Shown: positions 26,647 to 40,254 of the stretch, piece after piece
Numbering within the stretch: the stretch's first letter is position 1
How the letters are laid out: each line of letters starts with the position of its first letter
Source of the DNA: Octopus vulgaris
Taxonomy: Eukaryota
Reading direction: 5' to 3'
Assembly: GCA_951406725.2 (NCBI GenBank)
Contig: OX597828.1
Coordinates: 2,356,001 to 2,420,000 of the forward strand
Length of the DNA: 64,000 nt
Notes under the pieces: model-generated
Told to the model about the DNA's origin: nothing
Seen by the model: only the letters and a program-made list of their open reading frames with translations
Database searches by the model: none
Program-made: the position numbers and the translations under genes

Positions 26647-27562
26647 ATACGAGGTCAGTTGAGAAAAAAGTTCTATGACCCAGTTTTGTGGTTTGTAGTC
26701 GGAGGGTCTGGAAAAAAGTTATTGCGCTTTGTTCTGTCATTTTGTGGGGAAGATTAATGAGTTTGGAAAATACCTCTGACCCTTTTCCGGTCAGGGAAAG
26801 TTTAACAAAAAAATAAATCTACCACCCTTTAAAATGCGACGAGCTGGGTTTGTTGAACAGTTGGCGAGAGAGAGCTGGCCTGGGTTGGTCAGTTCTGCCT
26901 GAGACAGTGAGTTGGCAACAGGGCAGTTTGGCAGTTTGGCCAGACAGTGAATGTGAGAGACGTCAGGCGAGAGGCAACGACAAGGATGACAGTTGGCAGA
27001 AGGCGAGAAAGACAGGCAGATAGCATTGGGGACATGTAGAGCGAAAAGGCATGGCTATTGTAGTAGGAGTTTGTAACGGTATGTTTTTTTTATGTTTTTG
27101 GTGTTGAGATGTAAAAAAAATTGTGTCAAAAAAAAAAAAGAGAACTGTGAATTGAGGAAAAGAGGAAGAAAAGAAAGAAAGAGAAATACTTTAATGTTGA
27201 ACTGTTTCGATTGTTTTCGGACGTTCTGTATCGTGCATGTCTTTGTTGTTTTTCTTTTTAATTCTGTTGCATGTTGTTTTCTTTAATGTATCTGCTATGT
27301 ATCACATTTTATTTGATATTGTAATAATTGTATACACTGTTCTTAAACGTAAGCAATTGCCTTCCGCCGTCTCTCTCTCTCTCTATCTCTCTCCCTCTTC
27401 CTGTTGTTGTTGTTGCTATCTCTGGTCGCCGGTTCGAGTTCGCTGCCATCTCCCACTACCGTTTTCTCTGTGGCGGATTCCGTTCGACTAAGCCTGGTCA
27501 ATCGTCGTCGCTCGACTTAGTAGGGTCCCGGGTTCGAGTTGAGCGACGGCAGGTTCGTAACA
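26645..27562. mobile_element. Candidate solo LTR
   Basis: TGATACGA...TCGTAACA inverted termini (TG..CA) with ATAT on both flanks, and a CpG-rich interior inside a TA microsatellite. Confidence 0.45.
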
Positions 27563-27596
27563 ATATATATATGCGTATATAAATATATATATATGC

Positions 27597-27671
<75 letters not shown>

Positions 27672-27715
27672 CATATATACATATATATACATAAAATGTG
27701 ATACATATCAATAAA

Positions 27716-27767
<52 letters not shown>

Positions 27768-27768
<1 letters not shown>

Positions 27769-28040
27769 AGACCCGCTTCGGTCATGAATCACCATGAGAT
27801 TACACCTAGAAAGTTACCCTCCGAGGCACAATTTCGGATAAGGTTGTTTACGGAAAGCCAGCAGTCGTCCATGCATGCCAGCCTCCCCTCTCCACACCAC
27901 TGGTGTTATCTATTGGAAAGGCAAAGGCACCAGTGATGTCGCAACTCATTTCTACAGCTGAGTGAACTGGTGAAACGTGAAATAAAATGTCTTGCTTAAG
28001 AACAAAACACAGCCCGGTCCGGGAATCGAACTCACAACCT
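27768..28040 (-). mobile_element. tRNA-derived SINE family S3
   Basis: B-box complement ccgggaatcgaactc. The body is shared with 29338-29655. Confidence 0.7.
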
Positions 28041-28101
28041 CATGATTTAATCCCTGAGCCATATCTATCTATCTATCTAAGTATCTATCTATCTATCTAT
28101 G

Positions 28102-28192
<91 letters not shown>

Positions 28193-28201
28193 ATGTATGT
28201 A

Positions 28202-28252
<51 letters not shown>

Positions 28253-28390
28253 TTATCTCCCCTACTTTCCCTCTTGCGTCTCACGTCTGATCTCTGACTT
28301 CTGGCCGAAATCAGACCGCCATGTTGATTCGTTAGCTCCTGCACGCATTTTTTTCTCTCCTTGTTTCTCTCCGTGTTTCTTTTCTGCGTA

Positions 28391-28428
28391 TCTTTCTGTT
28401 GAAGAGCGTAGGCTCGAAACGTAAAAGA
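28391..28428 (+). ncRNA. Hammerhead motif, A6U variant, in a family A2 element (28350-28525)
   Basis: TCTTT-CTGTTGA-A-GAGC/gtag/GCTC-GAAAC-GTA-AAAGA, with a 5-bp stem I. Confidence 0.65.
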
Positions 28429-28533
28429 CTTGTTTTATTTCTATTCCTGAGCGCCATACTAATACAATTGTTTGTTTGTACTCCACCTGCCTTCGTCTTT
28501 TGTTTATTTTCGTTAGCTTCCCGTTATATATAT

Positions 28534-28591
<58 letters not shown>

Positions 28592-28939
28592 TCAGACAGA
28601 CAGACAGACATGATGTAGCTATGACACTATGTAATGAAATCCGTCGGATGGAAATTTGCATTTACTCTATCCAGATTACAAGTTCAGTTTTATTGCTGTA
28701 ATTATTGGGGAACTGGCATATGTAACACACTGCCTAAATTACCAATCTTGAGAAATTAGTTTTCTCAAAACTAGAAAGGTGTAAGCTGATTCCAAGACTA
28801 CAGATGCAAGCCACCACTGGAACTGTAAAAATCTGTAAAACTTTCCAGAAGTCTATCATTTAAGTATACATGAACATGTCAAGATATGTAGCTATATACA
28901 TGAGAAGACATACATTAAACAAAACATACAAATCTGCAC

Positions 28940-29158
28940 GCATACATACATGCATACATGCATACATACATACATACATACATACATACATACATACATA
29001 CATACATACATACATACACACATACATACATACATATATACATACATGCATACTAACATACATACATACATACATACATACATACATACATACATACATA
29101 CATACATACATACATACATACATACATACATACATACATACATACATACATACATACA

Positions 29159-29187
<29 letters not shown>
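28940..29187. repeat. (CATA)n microsatellite, representative of dozens of (TA)n, (CA)n, (GA)n, (ATGT)n, (GATA)n and (GAT)n tracts
   Basis: Direct reading of the sequence. Confidence 0.98.
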
Positions 29188-29189
<2 letters not shown>

Positions 29190-29337
29190 CTTGAGAAAAT
29201 ACCCTGTTGAAATTCTTGTTGAAGTGTTGAAATTCCAATGAAGGAACATTGGATCAAGGTTAGAAACTGACTTTTTCTCTATAGGCAAGAAATCTTGAAA
29301 TAAAACCGAACATTGACACATATACATGCATACATAG

Positions 29338-29655
29338 GTAAAGACGCCTTTAAGTCATGACTGACCTTGGGATTGCACCTAGAAAGTTCCCCTCCGAGGC
29401 ACAAGTCTGAGCAAAGTTGCTTATGGAAGACTCGTGGTAGCCCATGCTCAACAGCCTCTCCCTTCCGCACCACCGATGTCATCAAAGAGAAAGGCCAAGG
29501 CCGATGCAGCTTGGCACCAGTGACGTAGCGACTCATTTCCTCACCTGAGTGAACTGGAGCGATGTGTCTTGCTCAAAATCACAACACACAGCACGGTCCG
29601 GAAATCGAATTCACAACTTCACGATTGTAAACACGACTCTCTAATCACTGAATCA
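29338..29655 (-). mobile_element. SINE S3
   Basis: Homologous to 27768-28040. Confidence 0.7.
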
Positions 29656-29703
29656 TGTATGTATGTGTGCATGTTTGTGTGTGCGTATGTAAGTGTACCT
29701 GTT

Positions 29704-29744
<41 letters not shown>

Positions 29745-30067
29745 GTGTGTGTATGTGTCTGAGTTAACTTACCCGTGTATAAATTTACTTACTCACATAC
29801 CTGTTGTGAAGGCGCGCGTGTTCGAGTAAGATCGTGGTTTCGATTTCTTGACTGATCAGCGTGTTGTGTCCTTGAGCAAGGCACTTCATTTCACATTGCT
29901 TCAGTTTGCTCAGCTATAAAGAGTACCAGCCTTCTCTCCGTCGAGCTCTTACATTCTGGGTCAAGACAGAGTCTCTTTGTCTCTCTGCCACATTGCTACC
30001 GAAAACAATCTAGCGAAAACGTGATACCAGTAATGATACACACACACACGCACACCTGAACTCAATT

Positions 30068-30462
30068 TATCTTTTTCTTATTTCAGTCATTTGACTATGG
30101 CCATGCTGGGACACCACCTTAGGTTTTTAGCCGAACATATCGACCACAGGACTTATTTTTTAAAGTCTAGTACTTATTTTATAGGCATCTTTTGCCGAAC
30201 CGCCAAGTTATGGGGACGTAAACGCACCAACATCAGTTGTCAAGCGGTAGAGAAGGACACACAAACACAGACACACTCGTGTGTGTGTATATATATATAT
30301 ATAAGGCTTCCTTCAGTTTCTGTCTACTAAATCCAGCCACAAAGCTTTGGTCGGCCTGAGGCTATAGTAGAAGACACTTGTCCAAAGTGCAACGCAGTAG
30401 GTCTGAACCCAGAACCATGTGGTTGGGAAGCAAGTTTCATACTACACAGCCACGCCTGCGCC
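30068..30462 (-). mobile_element. SINE S1
   Basis: Reverse complement of S1. Confidence 0.85.
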
Positions 30463-30725
30463 TATGTTTATAATATTTATTTCATCTTCCCGGCGGTATG
30501 GCTGGTGGAACGACCGAATGTGTTGTCATTTATATTCATACACAGACAAACTTACACATACATGCATACATATATATATATAAACATGATCTATACAGGG
30601 CGGGTACTCTGTCCGAACGTAGAATGCAGTAGTTTGTTGCAGCTTGTCCAGAATAACAGGCCACTGGACATGCTTCAATGTGTGTGTGTATACATTTACA
30701 TACATTCTCTCTCTCTCATTTATTC

Positions 30726-30794
<69 letters not shown>

Positions 30795-30900
30795 TATATG
30801 GATGAAATATGAAAACAAATGAGTTCAATACGCAAACAACGAGAGAACCAAACGCAAAACAGGACAAGTAACACTAAGAAGATTCTTCATCGGCTGTCGG

Positions 30901-30977
<77 letters not shown>

Positions 30978-31060
30978 AACAAACACAAGAAATAAACAAG
31001 AACGCGAGTACGTGGTACATGTAAAGCATTAACAGACGCTCAGGGGAGGAAAGGAAGATA

Positions 31061-31095
31061 GTTTTACGTTTCGAGCAAAGCTCTTCGTCAGAAAC
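31061..31095 (-). ncRNA. Minimal type-I hammerhead with fully canonical core, in a family A1 element (30976-31176)
   Basis: GTTT-CTGACGA-A-GAGC/ttt/GCTC-GAAAC-GTA-AAAC. Confidence 0.85.
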
Positions 31096-31210
31096 AGGAG
31101 ACGGAGGAAAGTCCAGGAGAAAAGGAAGACGAAGGGAAAAAATCGCCAACGATCCACATGTGGTTACATTTTGAAATATATATACATATATACTCTCTCT
31201 CTCTCTCTCA

Positions 31211-31271
<61 letters not shown>

Positions 31272-31273
<2 letters not shown>

Positions 31274-32630
31274 GAAAATAGTAAAAAGTGAAAAAACTAC
31301 AGAAGGCTTGTTTTAAGAGGTTAAAGAATATATATTTAAGTCAATATGTCTGAAGAATATTATAAATTTTTTTCTTACAATGACATAGTTTAGAAGAAAG
31401 ACCGGTTTCGCGTTTAGCTTTTCAAATTTCTTACGTCGTTATGTTTATGTTGAGAAGAGTTATCGTTATGTTTATGTTGAAAAGAGTTCTAAATAAGGGG
31501 AGGTAATAAGTGATTTCTTCCGGTGTAAGGGAGATAATCGCTTAAATTTTTTTTCCTTTCCTTTGGGGTGAATTTCTCTGTATAAGTATGTTGGAATGGT
31601 TAAGTCTGGGCTTGTACTTTTCAATGAAGAATGTTTCCTTGTTTGGTCTAGTTTGTGTTGATGATCCGATAGCACATTGGTAAAATGGAAAGATTAAAAA
31701 TTGTGGTAGTAGTTGCTTTGCGCATTTCTCAATGTTCTCACTAAAAGGTATCATTCTGTATTCTGGGAATGCAATCTGTTGTCGATGCAGTGTGCATCTA
31801 CGTCTGAGTGATAGTCCCGTGGATCCCACGTAGTCTTGGTGGCAGCCCGAGCATTTTATGACATAAATTATGTTTTCAGAGGCACAAGTAAAATTAGATT
31901 TGATCTTGAATTTCTGTCCCTCTTTGAAGAGGAATTCTGATCCTTCTAGCAAGTTTGGACATGTTGCACAGTTCGGTCTACCACATTTTTTTACTTTTGC
32001 ATCCGTAATTTCAGAAAACAATTTTGCCTTTGTGAGAATCGTTTTAAGTGATTTAGGTTGTTTGTAGCTTTTAATGATTTGGTGTATGTTTAGAATTTCC
32101 TTTAATTTGGGGTCCTTATGAAGTATTGGTAAATTCTGGGTGATGATGGTGAAGGCTTCTTTGTTTCTGGGGTTGTATGTAGATATGTAAGGTAGTATTT
32201 TCGGGGAAGGTGTGTTGTTGTGTTGAACTTTTCTTAAAGTTTCTATGTTGATTTCTGTTGCACGTCTGATCCCTTCCTCTATGAGTTGAGCTGGGTAATA
32301 TCTGTCAATTAGGGTGTTTTTGAGTTCATGCAGTCTAAAGTTCCTGGTATTTTGTTCTGACACTATTGTGCATATCCTTCTTGCAACATAAACATAACGA
32401 TAACGATAACTCTTCTCAACATAACAACGTAAGAAATTTGAAAAGCTAAACGCGAAACCGGTCTTTCTTCTAAACTATGTCATTGTAAGAAAAAAATTTA
32501 TAATATTCTTCAGACATATTGACTTAAATATATATTCTTTAACCTTTTAAAACAAGCCTTCTGTAGTTTTTTCACTTTTTACTATTTTCTATATATTCAA
32601 CCACGTGCTTTCACAAACCAACTTTCTTAT
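31272..32630 (-). mobile_element. 5'-truncated Penelope-like element (Neptune-like) with inverted pseudo-LTRs
   Basis: Open ORF 31542-32363 with thumb, CxxxxCxxC linker and GIY-YIG (NIIYVIKCSGC..YVGST). Near-identical ~205-bp inverted repeats at 31272-31479 and 32386-32591. (TA)n flanks. Confidence 0.93.
32431..32469 (+). ncRNA. Hammerhead-like motif with U3-A8 core in pLTR (sense copy at 31394-31432, minus strand)
   Basis: AAGAAA-T-TTGAAAA-GC/taaac/GC-GAAAC-CG-GTC-TTTCTT, identical in both arms. Confidence 0.55.
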
Positions 32631-32872
32631 CTATATATATATATATATATATATATATCAGTGCGCGCGTGTGTGTGTGTGTGTATTTAGATACATACAA
32701 AATAACAACTGAAATCAATACTAGTAATTTTCCTCCTTAATATAGTAAGAATTTACCCAATACGCCTAAATTCAAACTCTTCACGATATCGGTATATACA
32801 ATTGAAAAGGCATTAAATTAAAACAGGTATCAATATATCATATTTAACGTTTATACGCCGCCGATACCCTGG

Positions 32873-32984
<112 letters not shown>

Positions 32985-33142
32985 TAGTGTACATTTAAAC
33001 ACAAGAAAGGTGACCCTTAACAGGCAGCCTTATATGCTATAAGTACCAGTCAAAACGAACAAAATCACATTTAAGAGCAATTTCGAAGGGAATGAAAAAT
33101 AAAAACTTTTACCTTGTTCTTTTTGCCTTGTTGTATATATAC

Positions 33143-33266
<124 letters not shown>

Positions 33267-34162
33267 CAGTACGAGGAACATTGTCCCTTCCAATATTTAG
33301 GAAGCAGTGAATAATACATTCGATATTTTTGAAAGCCATTGGGGTGGATAAAATCTCGGTGGAAACTATTGAAACAGCATTAAATTTAAATTGCCATCTA
33401 AGTATCATACTTAGAGTATTCATATCACTGTAAGGCATTAAACAGTAGATTTTGTCTGACAATACAGCAAATCTTACGAAGAGATTTTCTCTCAGATAAA
33501 ACTGCAGCACCTTTCCATACAGCTGTGTATACCTACACTACAATTTGATATTAATATTTCTACCACTCCTCAAAATTAGAACTTCGATTTCACCAGATCC
33601 ATAACTAAGTTATAGTAGCAGTATGAACAGAATCAGAACTATGGCAAGGAATATAATACGATATAAACCACCCTTTCACTTAACCATAGTTAATCCACTT
33701 GTGAGTCTTTCGTTCCACTTTCCTCGAAAGCACTTCCCCCTACAGCATAGATGCTATATTATTTTTTAAAAAATCATTGTGAATTTATTTTATTCCACTA
33801 GACTTAGTTTTGTTACAAACCCTACCGTCTCCAACTTGCAAAAGCTCAAATTCACTAAGAATAATAATCACAGGAGCAGGGGATAAAGTGTCCACTGAGC
33901 GTTTGGTAACAATAAAACCCTAATCTTACAATCAGCTTGTCTCTGATATACTCTATATAACAGGCTTCCAGCTCTTCACATCTCTGCACATAATCTGTTT
34001 CAAACTGATCGTATAAATAATTTTTATCGTTCAGTAATCATTAATTATTTCTTGTATTGCGAGAATGGTGTCAGTGACGGCTGGCTGCACGTTGAACTTT
34101 TCCGTTGCTTTCCTCTTGAATTGTTTCCCTTCTTTGCAGCCTTCTTTCTTTTTTGCCTTTAA

Positions 34163-34207
<45 letters not shown>

Positions 34208-34220
34208 ACTCTTCCACCCT

Positions 34221-34251
<31 letters not shown>

Positions 34252-35187
34252 GGTTGTTTACCTTTTTACACTTGTTCCTCATAACCACAAGACGATAGAG
34301 GAGTGGTGTCAAAAGGGTTCTCAGTATGGTTCGCTTATGGAGTAGTTTTTCCAGCCCCTCACGAAGCTGCAATTCATGATGCGACCGGTGATGTCACTAC
34401 CACATCAGTCTTCGGAACTGTGAACAATACACATACACACACATACAACACACACAAACACAAGGTACAAATACTAGTAGTGTCACTTTCTCACAATTTT
34501 AATGTATTTCCCCTTGGAATCAGGCCAAGTCTTTGAAAAATAGATGTAATCAATTGAATCATGTTCACAAGACGGTGGCTTCTGTAGTACACAGCATAGG
34601 GCAGTTACGAATCTCTAGTGAATGAGTTCATAACACGGATCTCATTTTCAATTATGTCTAGTTAACCTTATGTTTGTCGATAATCACAATGCGAAACCTG
34701 TGAATGCCTCAAATCCCCGTTTTCTTCGCATAATCAATGGAACAAATCAATATTGATTAACGGGAAAGAGGCAATAGCATAGATTTACACAGTTAAACAT
34801 TTTAAAGGATGTTAATAATGTGAGGAAGTAAAATAACTGCAACAACTCACAAGGGTGGGAGAGTTGGCATAGGTATTATGGATGGTTGCGTGAAGCTCCA
34901 GTGATGGTTCGCTACGGGCAAACAGATACAAGACATGTATAAGTGAGTCTATACGTATGTATGTATATATAGGGTCGAGATTAGTATATCTGGGTATATA
35001 CCGTTACAAAAATAGCCAGTAAGATTCATGGAGGTAGAGTCCATTGACAAGGTTGCAAAAGGCAACGATGGAAGAAAAAATATAAATAATAGATGAATTA
35101 AAATCAAACCGGTGCGCGTGTTGGATAACAAGGCAATATGACCCTCCCCAGACGCAACGAAAGATTACAAAACTGTTACTCGTTTCA

Positions 35188-35261
35188 CATTCTCTTTCGT
35201 CGGACAGTTGTGATGAATACTGAATTAAAATCGTGATTGTCATACATACATATATGTATTA

Positions 35262-35311
<50 letters not shown>

Positions 35312-36319
35312 CGTGTGTGTGTGCGTGCGTGCGTGCGTGTGTGTGTGCGTGCGTGTGTGTGTGTGTGTGTGTGTGTGCGTGCGTGTGTGTGTGTGTGTGT
35401 GTGTACGTACGAATATGTGTGTGTACGTACGAATATGTGTGTGAAGATATGTATAAATATAATAAATGCGAAAACTAATTTCTGTGTATCAATGTGTCAC
35501 ACTTTGACCCCCCTCTCTCTCACTATTCAATGACACTTCTACTATTCCACGTACTGGGGTGAGAGTAATAGTAGGCATAGAGACGGTGAGGGCAGTGGCG
35601 AAGACAGAGAGAGAGAAAGAATGAAAAAGAGAGGGAGAGAAAGAGAGACAAAGAAATTTAGGGAGAGTCGATAATGTTTTATTAAAAGTAGTAGTGTTGA
35701 TGGTGGCAGTGGGAGTAATAATAAGAGAGAGGGAGAAAGAGTGGGTATGTGAGAGAAGGAGTGACTGAACACTGGATCGGCATGCTGAACTGACGTACTG
35801 AACACTGATAGTAAAGGGGTGATAGTAATAGTATGAGTTGTAGTTGTGATAGAAGCAGAGGCGGCGGTGATGATGGTGATGATGGTGGTGGTAGCCGAGG
35901 CGGTTATGGATGACGGTGAGAGTAAGCAATGTGAAAGACAGAGGTGATGGTGGTGGTGGGAAAGGCGGCGAAGTCAACGGTATCGATGGTGGTGGCATCA
36001 GAAGTCTGAATGCTGTGTATGGCAGATGTAGTGGCGATAGTGGTCGTACTGTTGTTTATCATGCAGCTTCGCAATAAGTTTTAAGTCGACAAATTTTATC
36101 ATTGTTTTGATGAAAATTGTTAATTGCTTGAAAAATAGTGTTCAAGTTTAATAAAATTTAATATGTACTCAATGCATGAAGTGTCATGTTGGGTCCAAGG
36201 CCCAATGAAGAACCCTCCACACGCACACACACACACACACACAAATAATACATATATGTATGTATGACAATCACGATTTTAATTCAGTATTCATCACAAC
36301 TGTCCGACGAAAGAGAATG
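35188..36319. repeat. ~95-bp inverted repeats enclosing ~0.95 kb
   Basis: 35188-~35285 is the reverse complement of ~36224-36319. The left arm overlaps the hammerhead-like motif CTGT-CCGACGA..GAAAC-GA-GTA-ACAG (35173-35207, minus strand). Confidence 0.85.
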
Positions 36320-36729
36320 CAAAAGTGGGCATAACTTTTTTACTAACTGACATGTCTTTAAAACTGCATGTGTTGATTGAATAACTTTTCCTGTAGATAA
36401 AGGTATATTATATATTACTCAATATAGTCTCAATCCCAAGCGATTGATGTGTGCCATCGTTGAACACAACTCTTGAATATTCTTTGAAAGATTTAGGTTT
36501 GTATTGTACCCACTTCTTCACAACCACTTTCACTTCGTCTGTATCATTAAAACACACACACACACACACACACAAAAGTTGTCATTCACTGGACCGACCA
36601 GGTGGAAATTGGAGGACTCTAGATCCATGCTGTACGGTGGATGAAGAACCACTAACCTGCCCACTTTGCCAATAGTCTGACTTGTTGCTAAAGATGTGTA
36701 TGGTTACGCATTATCAAGTTGAATGTGGA

Positions 36730-37340
36730 TTGTTTTCATATTCTTGTTCGGTTACTTCTTCTTAATGACTTCTCTAAACTTTTGGGTGTCTCGGTGTACC
36801 GCTCGCTATTCTTGGTACAGTCATGTTAAAAAAAAATCAAGGAGAATTTTGCTCTTGTCTTCCCAAAACGTTACCGTGATTTTCTGTGATGATTGCAGGG
36901 TCTTGAACTTTTAAGGCCTTGGAAAAGTATGACATCGCTCCGTATACTGAGCTTTCGTTTCCGGATATTAAAGCTACACCCACATTTCATTCCTTTATCA
37001 CCACATCGGAAAAAATATGTCTTCATTGGTTTTTAACTTTTCCAGCAGATTAGAACAGACTTCTACTTTTTACTCTTTCAAATCGAGTATTATCTACCGA
37101 GATAAGCAGACTTCCCGATATCTGAAGTCTTCCATCATAATGCGTCAAGTTGTGAAGAAAGCCCGCGAATTGTGATTCGTCTGTACCCGCGAATCAGCTT
37201 GTCCACACACTGGCGATTCGTATAAGTGTTGCAGTTGATGGCTTCCCTCTGCGAAGTTTGTTATCAACACTGAAATATGACGACTGCTTTCTATTGTTGG
37301 AGGTAAAAGGACACATCCGGTTTGCAGTTGCTATGAGAAG
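36730..37340 (-). mobile_element. Degraded mariner transposase remnant
   Basis: EMWV..YPETKAQY..KFKTLQSSQKITVTFWE, interrupted by stops. Confidence 0.65.
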
Positions 37341-37799
37341 ATGATGAAACGAACCGGGTAGGGGATTTAATTAAGTATTATGTCCCTTGGTACCGAGACA
37401 TCGCCACTGGTTTGGTTATGTTGTAAGTCGGTAAGAGCTATCATGAAGTGTTTGTGGGAATTGAGTGCATCTTTCGGGTGAGTGTTATTGTGGGAATGGG
37501 ATATGTGTAGCGATACTGTATGCCTAACTTTTGCAAGGTGTAGACACCCATTCTTGTGTTTGCTCGTGTGTTTTCTTTCTGTATTGGTTAAGATCATGGA
37601 AGCTTTATATGTGCATGCAGTGTGTGTAAGGGTACAATGTGTGTGTGTGTGTGGGGGGGTTATATTGGAGGTGATGGGAAACGGTCTATTTGGTAGGTGT
37701 CCACCGTGTTGGGGCGTGCGTGTTTGTATGTGGGTGCGTTGATGAATGCTCTGGTCATAGTTTTTACCAGACTCCAGAGTATTGGTGGAGACCCTCCGC

Positions 37800-39950
37800 T
37801 GCAGGACTAATGATTGTAGCCGTGATGGGGTTCGCAGAGATAATATGATGTACTTCCTTTCATGTAGGAAGGATTAAATACTTCGCTCCTGCTATTCAAG
37901 TAAATGCTTGGCTACTGGGTGCTCTTTAAAATCGCTCTTTTCTCGGCCAGGCATAACCTGCACTTCCTGCTGCTTTTGAAGAACGGCTTACATTTCTCCA
38001 GGATCTTCTGCTTTATGTTGTACTGGGTGGCGCTTTCTTTCAATGACCAAACGTGCTTGGCCGGGTTGTGACGTTGCATCTCTCAGGGATGTTAAAGGAG
38101 GACTTGTGGTTCTTAAAGCAGGTTCTGAAGGAGCATTCAGTCGCTCCTACATACTCTCACACGTTTGGTTGCCCATTTGATTCTATAGTTGTTACCTCTG
38201 CCTTAATGCGACGGTCTCCGTGTTACTGTGGTCGTTCGGTGGACATGCTGTATTACCCCTACATGAGCATCCTGTCTCTGTCACGGGTGTTGGCTTAACA
38301 ATCTTTTTTACGCTAGTTGCACAGCTAAAAGAAATCCTCAGGGTATGCTAATTGAATATTTTGTTGAATCTGTCTGTACGGGAGAAGTGCTTATCAACTA
38401 AGCTAAGAAAAACTCTTTCCTACTCGGGTTTTAACATTTAAAGAGAAGGGAGGTGTGAACCATTACACTTTCCGGTGTCGCTTTATCCCGGGGAGGTTAT
38501 GTTCTGACGTATAACTAATCCTCTCTTTGAAACTGCTGGCAGCCAGAGCCTCATTGTAGTACAGGGCAGCAGCATCGAAAATCTCTTCGCTTGAATATAA
38601 GCATGAGATTCTTCTGTTGAAGCCCTTTATGAGGTTCTTGAAAACTATGGCTGGGTGACAGGAACCTGTGCTAATGTATGATAGCTTCTCGTTTGGCTTC
38701 CTAAAGAGTCTATAGGCACCAGACTCCAAGTCCACGGTCACATTAAGGAAATCCACCGTTTTCAGGTTAGTTTCTATCGTAACCTTCAGTCTAAGGGAGT
38801 TCATGGTGTTAGTGAAGTCCTTTATAAGCCTATATAGTGCGTGGCCGTTTGCCCCTCTTGATATTGGCAGCGCGTCATCCCTGTAGGGGCCAAAGTTAGT
38901 TGAAAGGAATTTCTTTTTGAGTACATCTAGGATGAAGAAACCAAATAAGCCACACACGTCAGCACTGTCGAAGGCACCCATTGCCATGTCGAAGGAGCCT
39001 TCTGGGTCAGTTCGTTTGACCTAAGCCGGCCCCTTACTGAAGAGGAGAGTTCTTCTGGCGTGCGTGATAATGTATATGTCCTCGTCACTGACTTCAGTGT
39101 AGGCCCTAGCGACGTCTAGTACCTTAAAAAGGAGCTCCCTTGATATAGATGGGTAGAAATCCACTATATAAAATTGCGTAACCTAGTTCTACGTTTTCCA
39201 CTATTGGTTTTTAAACTATGTAATGATCTCATTGGTGTTACGCCATAGGGCAAGGTCAGAGGCGTTTCTAACGCCGTTGATGATCTTCCTGATAAGCTGT
39301 TTGTTTACCTGTCCGATCTTAGACTTCGCCGCGCTTATCAGCCTGCACTTGGGGTTTTGAGGCAAAGTTTGGTTTATGTTCCGTGATTTTTGTGAAGCCC
39401 CTTTTTTTTTTGCAAATGACTCTACTCTATCTTCTGTGCCTAGTTTAATCGATTTATGCCTGGCCTCATGGTTAATACTATCATAAGCTTGAGGGGCAGC
39501 CCTCCTGTACATTTGTGTAAACTGTACGTATATATCAGCAACGACAAATACGCACAATTTACAGAGAATAGAATGGTCCTATCAGAAGATCTAAGTCTAC
39601 GGGTGTTTGCTCTGAGTTTACGTTGGAAAGCATTTGAGAACTTACGGAATTTCAGGCGGGGTACAATGTTCAGAAGGTCATTCTCGAAGGCCTCCAACTC
39701 CTTGATTTAAGATGGAAACTCTGGATTTTAGCTCAAAATGCTCAGCTTCCGTTGATGATTTGAGATGGTCAAAAAGGCCTTACATCTTATCCGCCTGGCC
39801 AAGTCGATTATCTTCACCAGCAGCAGCCTTCTACAGACCTTGTTCAAAGGTGTTGAGATATTTTTTGTTGAATATCCCAATACAATTCCAAATCCATTGT
39901 AAGGGATGTATAATATCCGTGGTGATTATGTAGAGGGCACCGCAGCTATA
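37800..39950 (-). mobile_element. Degraded Naiad-like Penelope-like element (RT + GIY-YIG)
   Basis: MGAFDSADVC..YRDD..VDFLNVT..FRKPN RT motifs; EN region CSCR..CP..YVGAT..NHKSSF..KHVWSLKE..CRLCLAEK..LNSRSE. Many frameshifts. Confidence 0.88.
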
Positions 39951-40183
39951 TGGCACAAGATGCGGTCGCCCTATTGCAATATACCCTGTGGTGTGTGGCA
40001 ACGTGTGCGCACGTGCGTAAGTCGTCTAAAAGTCCATAAGTCAGAAAAAAGATGCACTTGTATACCAATAGAGTGGGTATGTTATCTGAAGTATACAGCA
40101 TTATATATTGTGTGTGTGTCCTGCGTGCCGCGTGTTCTTGTGGAAATGGGATACGTGTAGTAGTACATATACATATATCGGCT

Positions 40184-40254
40184 AACTCTGGTGAGCGTAC
40201 AGTTTGAAACCAACCACACCATTGTATTCTTTACGCGAAACCGATTGGTAAGAT
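40184..40254 (+). ncRNA. Decayed hammerhead motif next to the Naiad-like PLE
   Basis: CTGGTGA-GCGTA/32-nt loop/TACGC-GAAAC-CGATTG-GTA-AG. It has A6G and a weak stem I. Confidence 0.45.
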
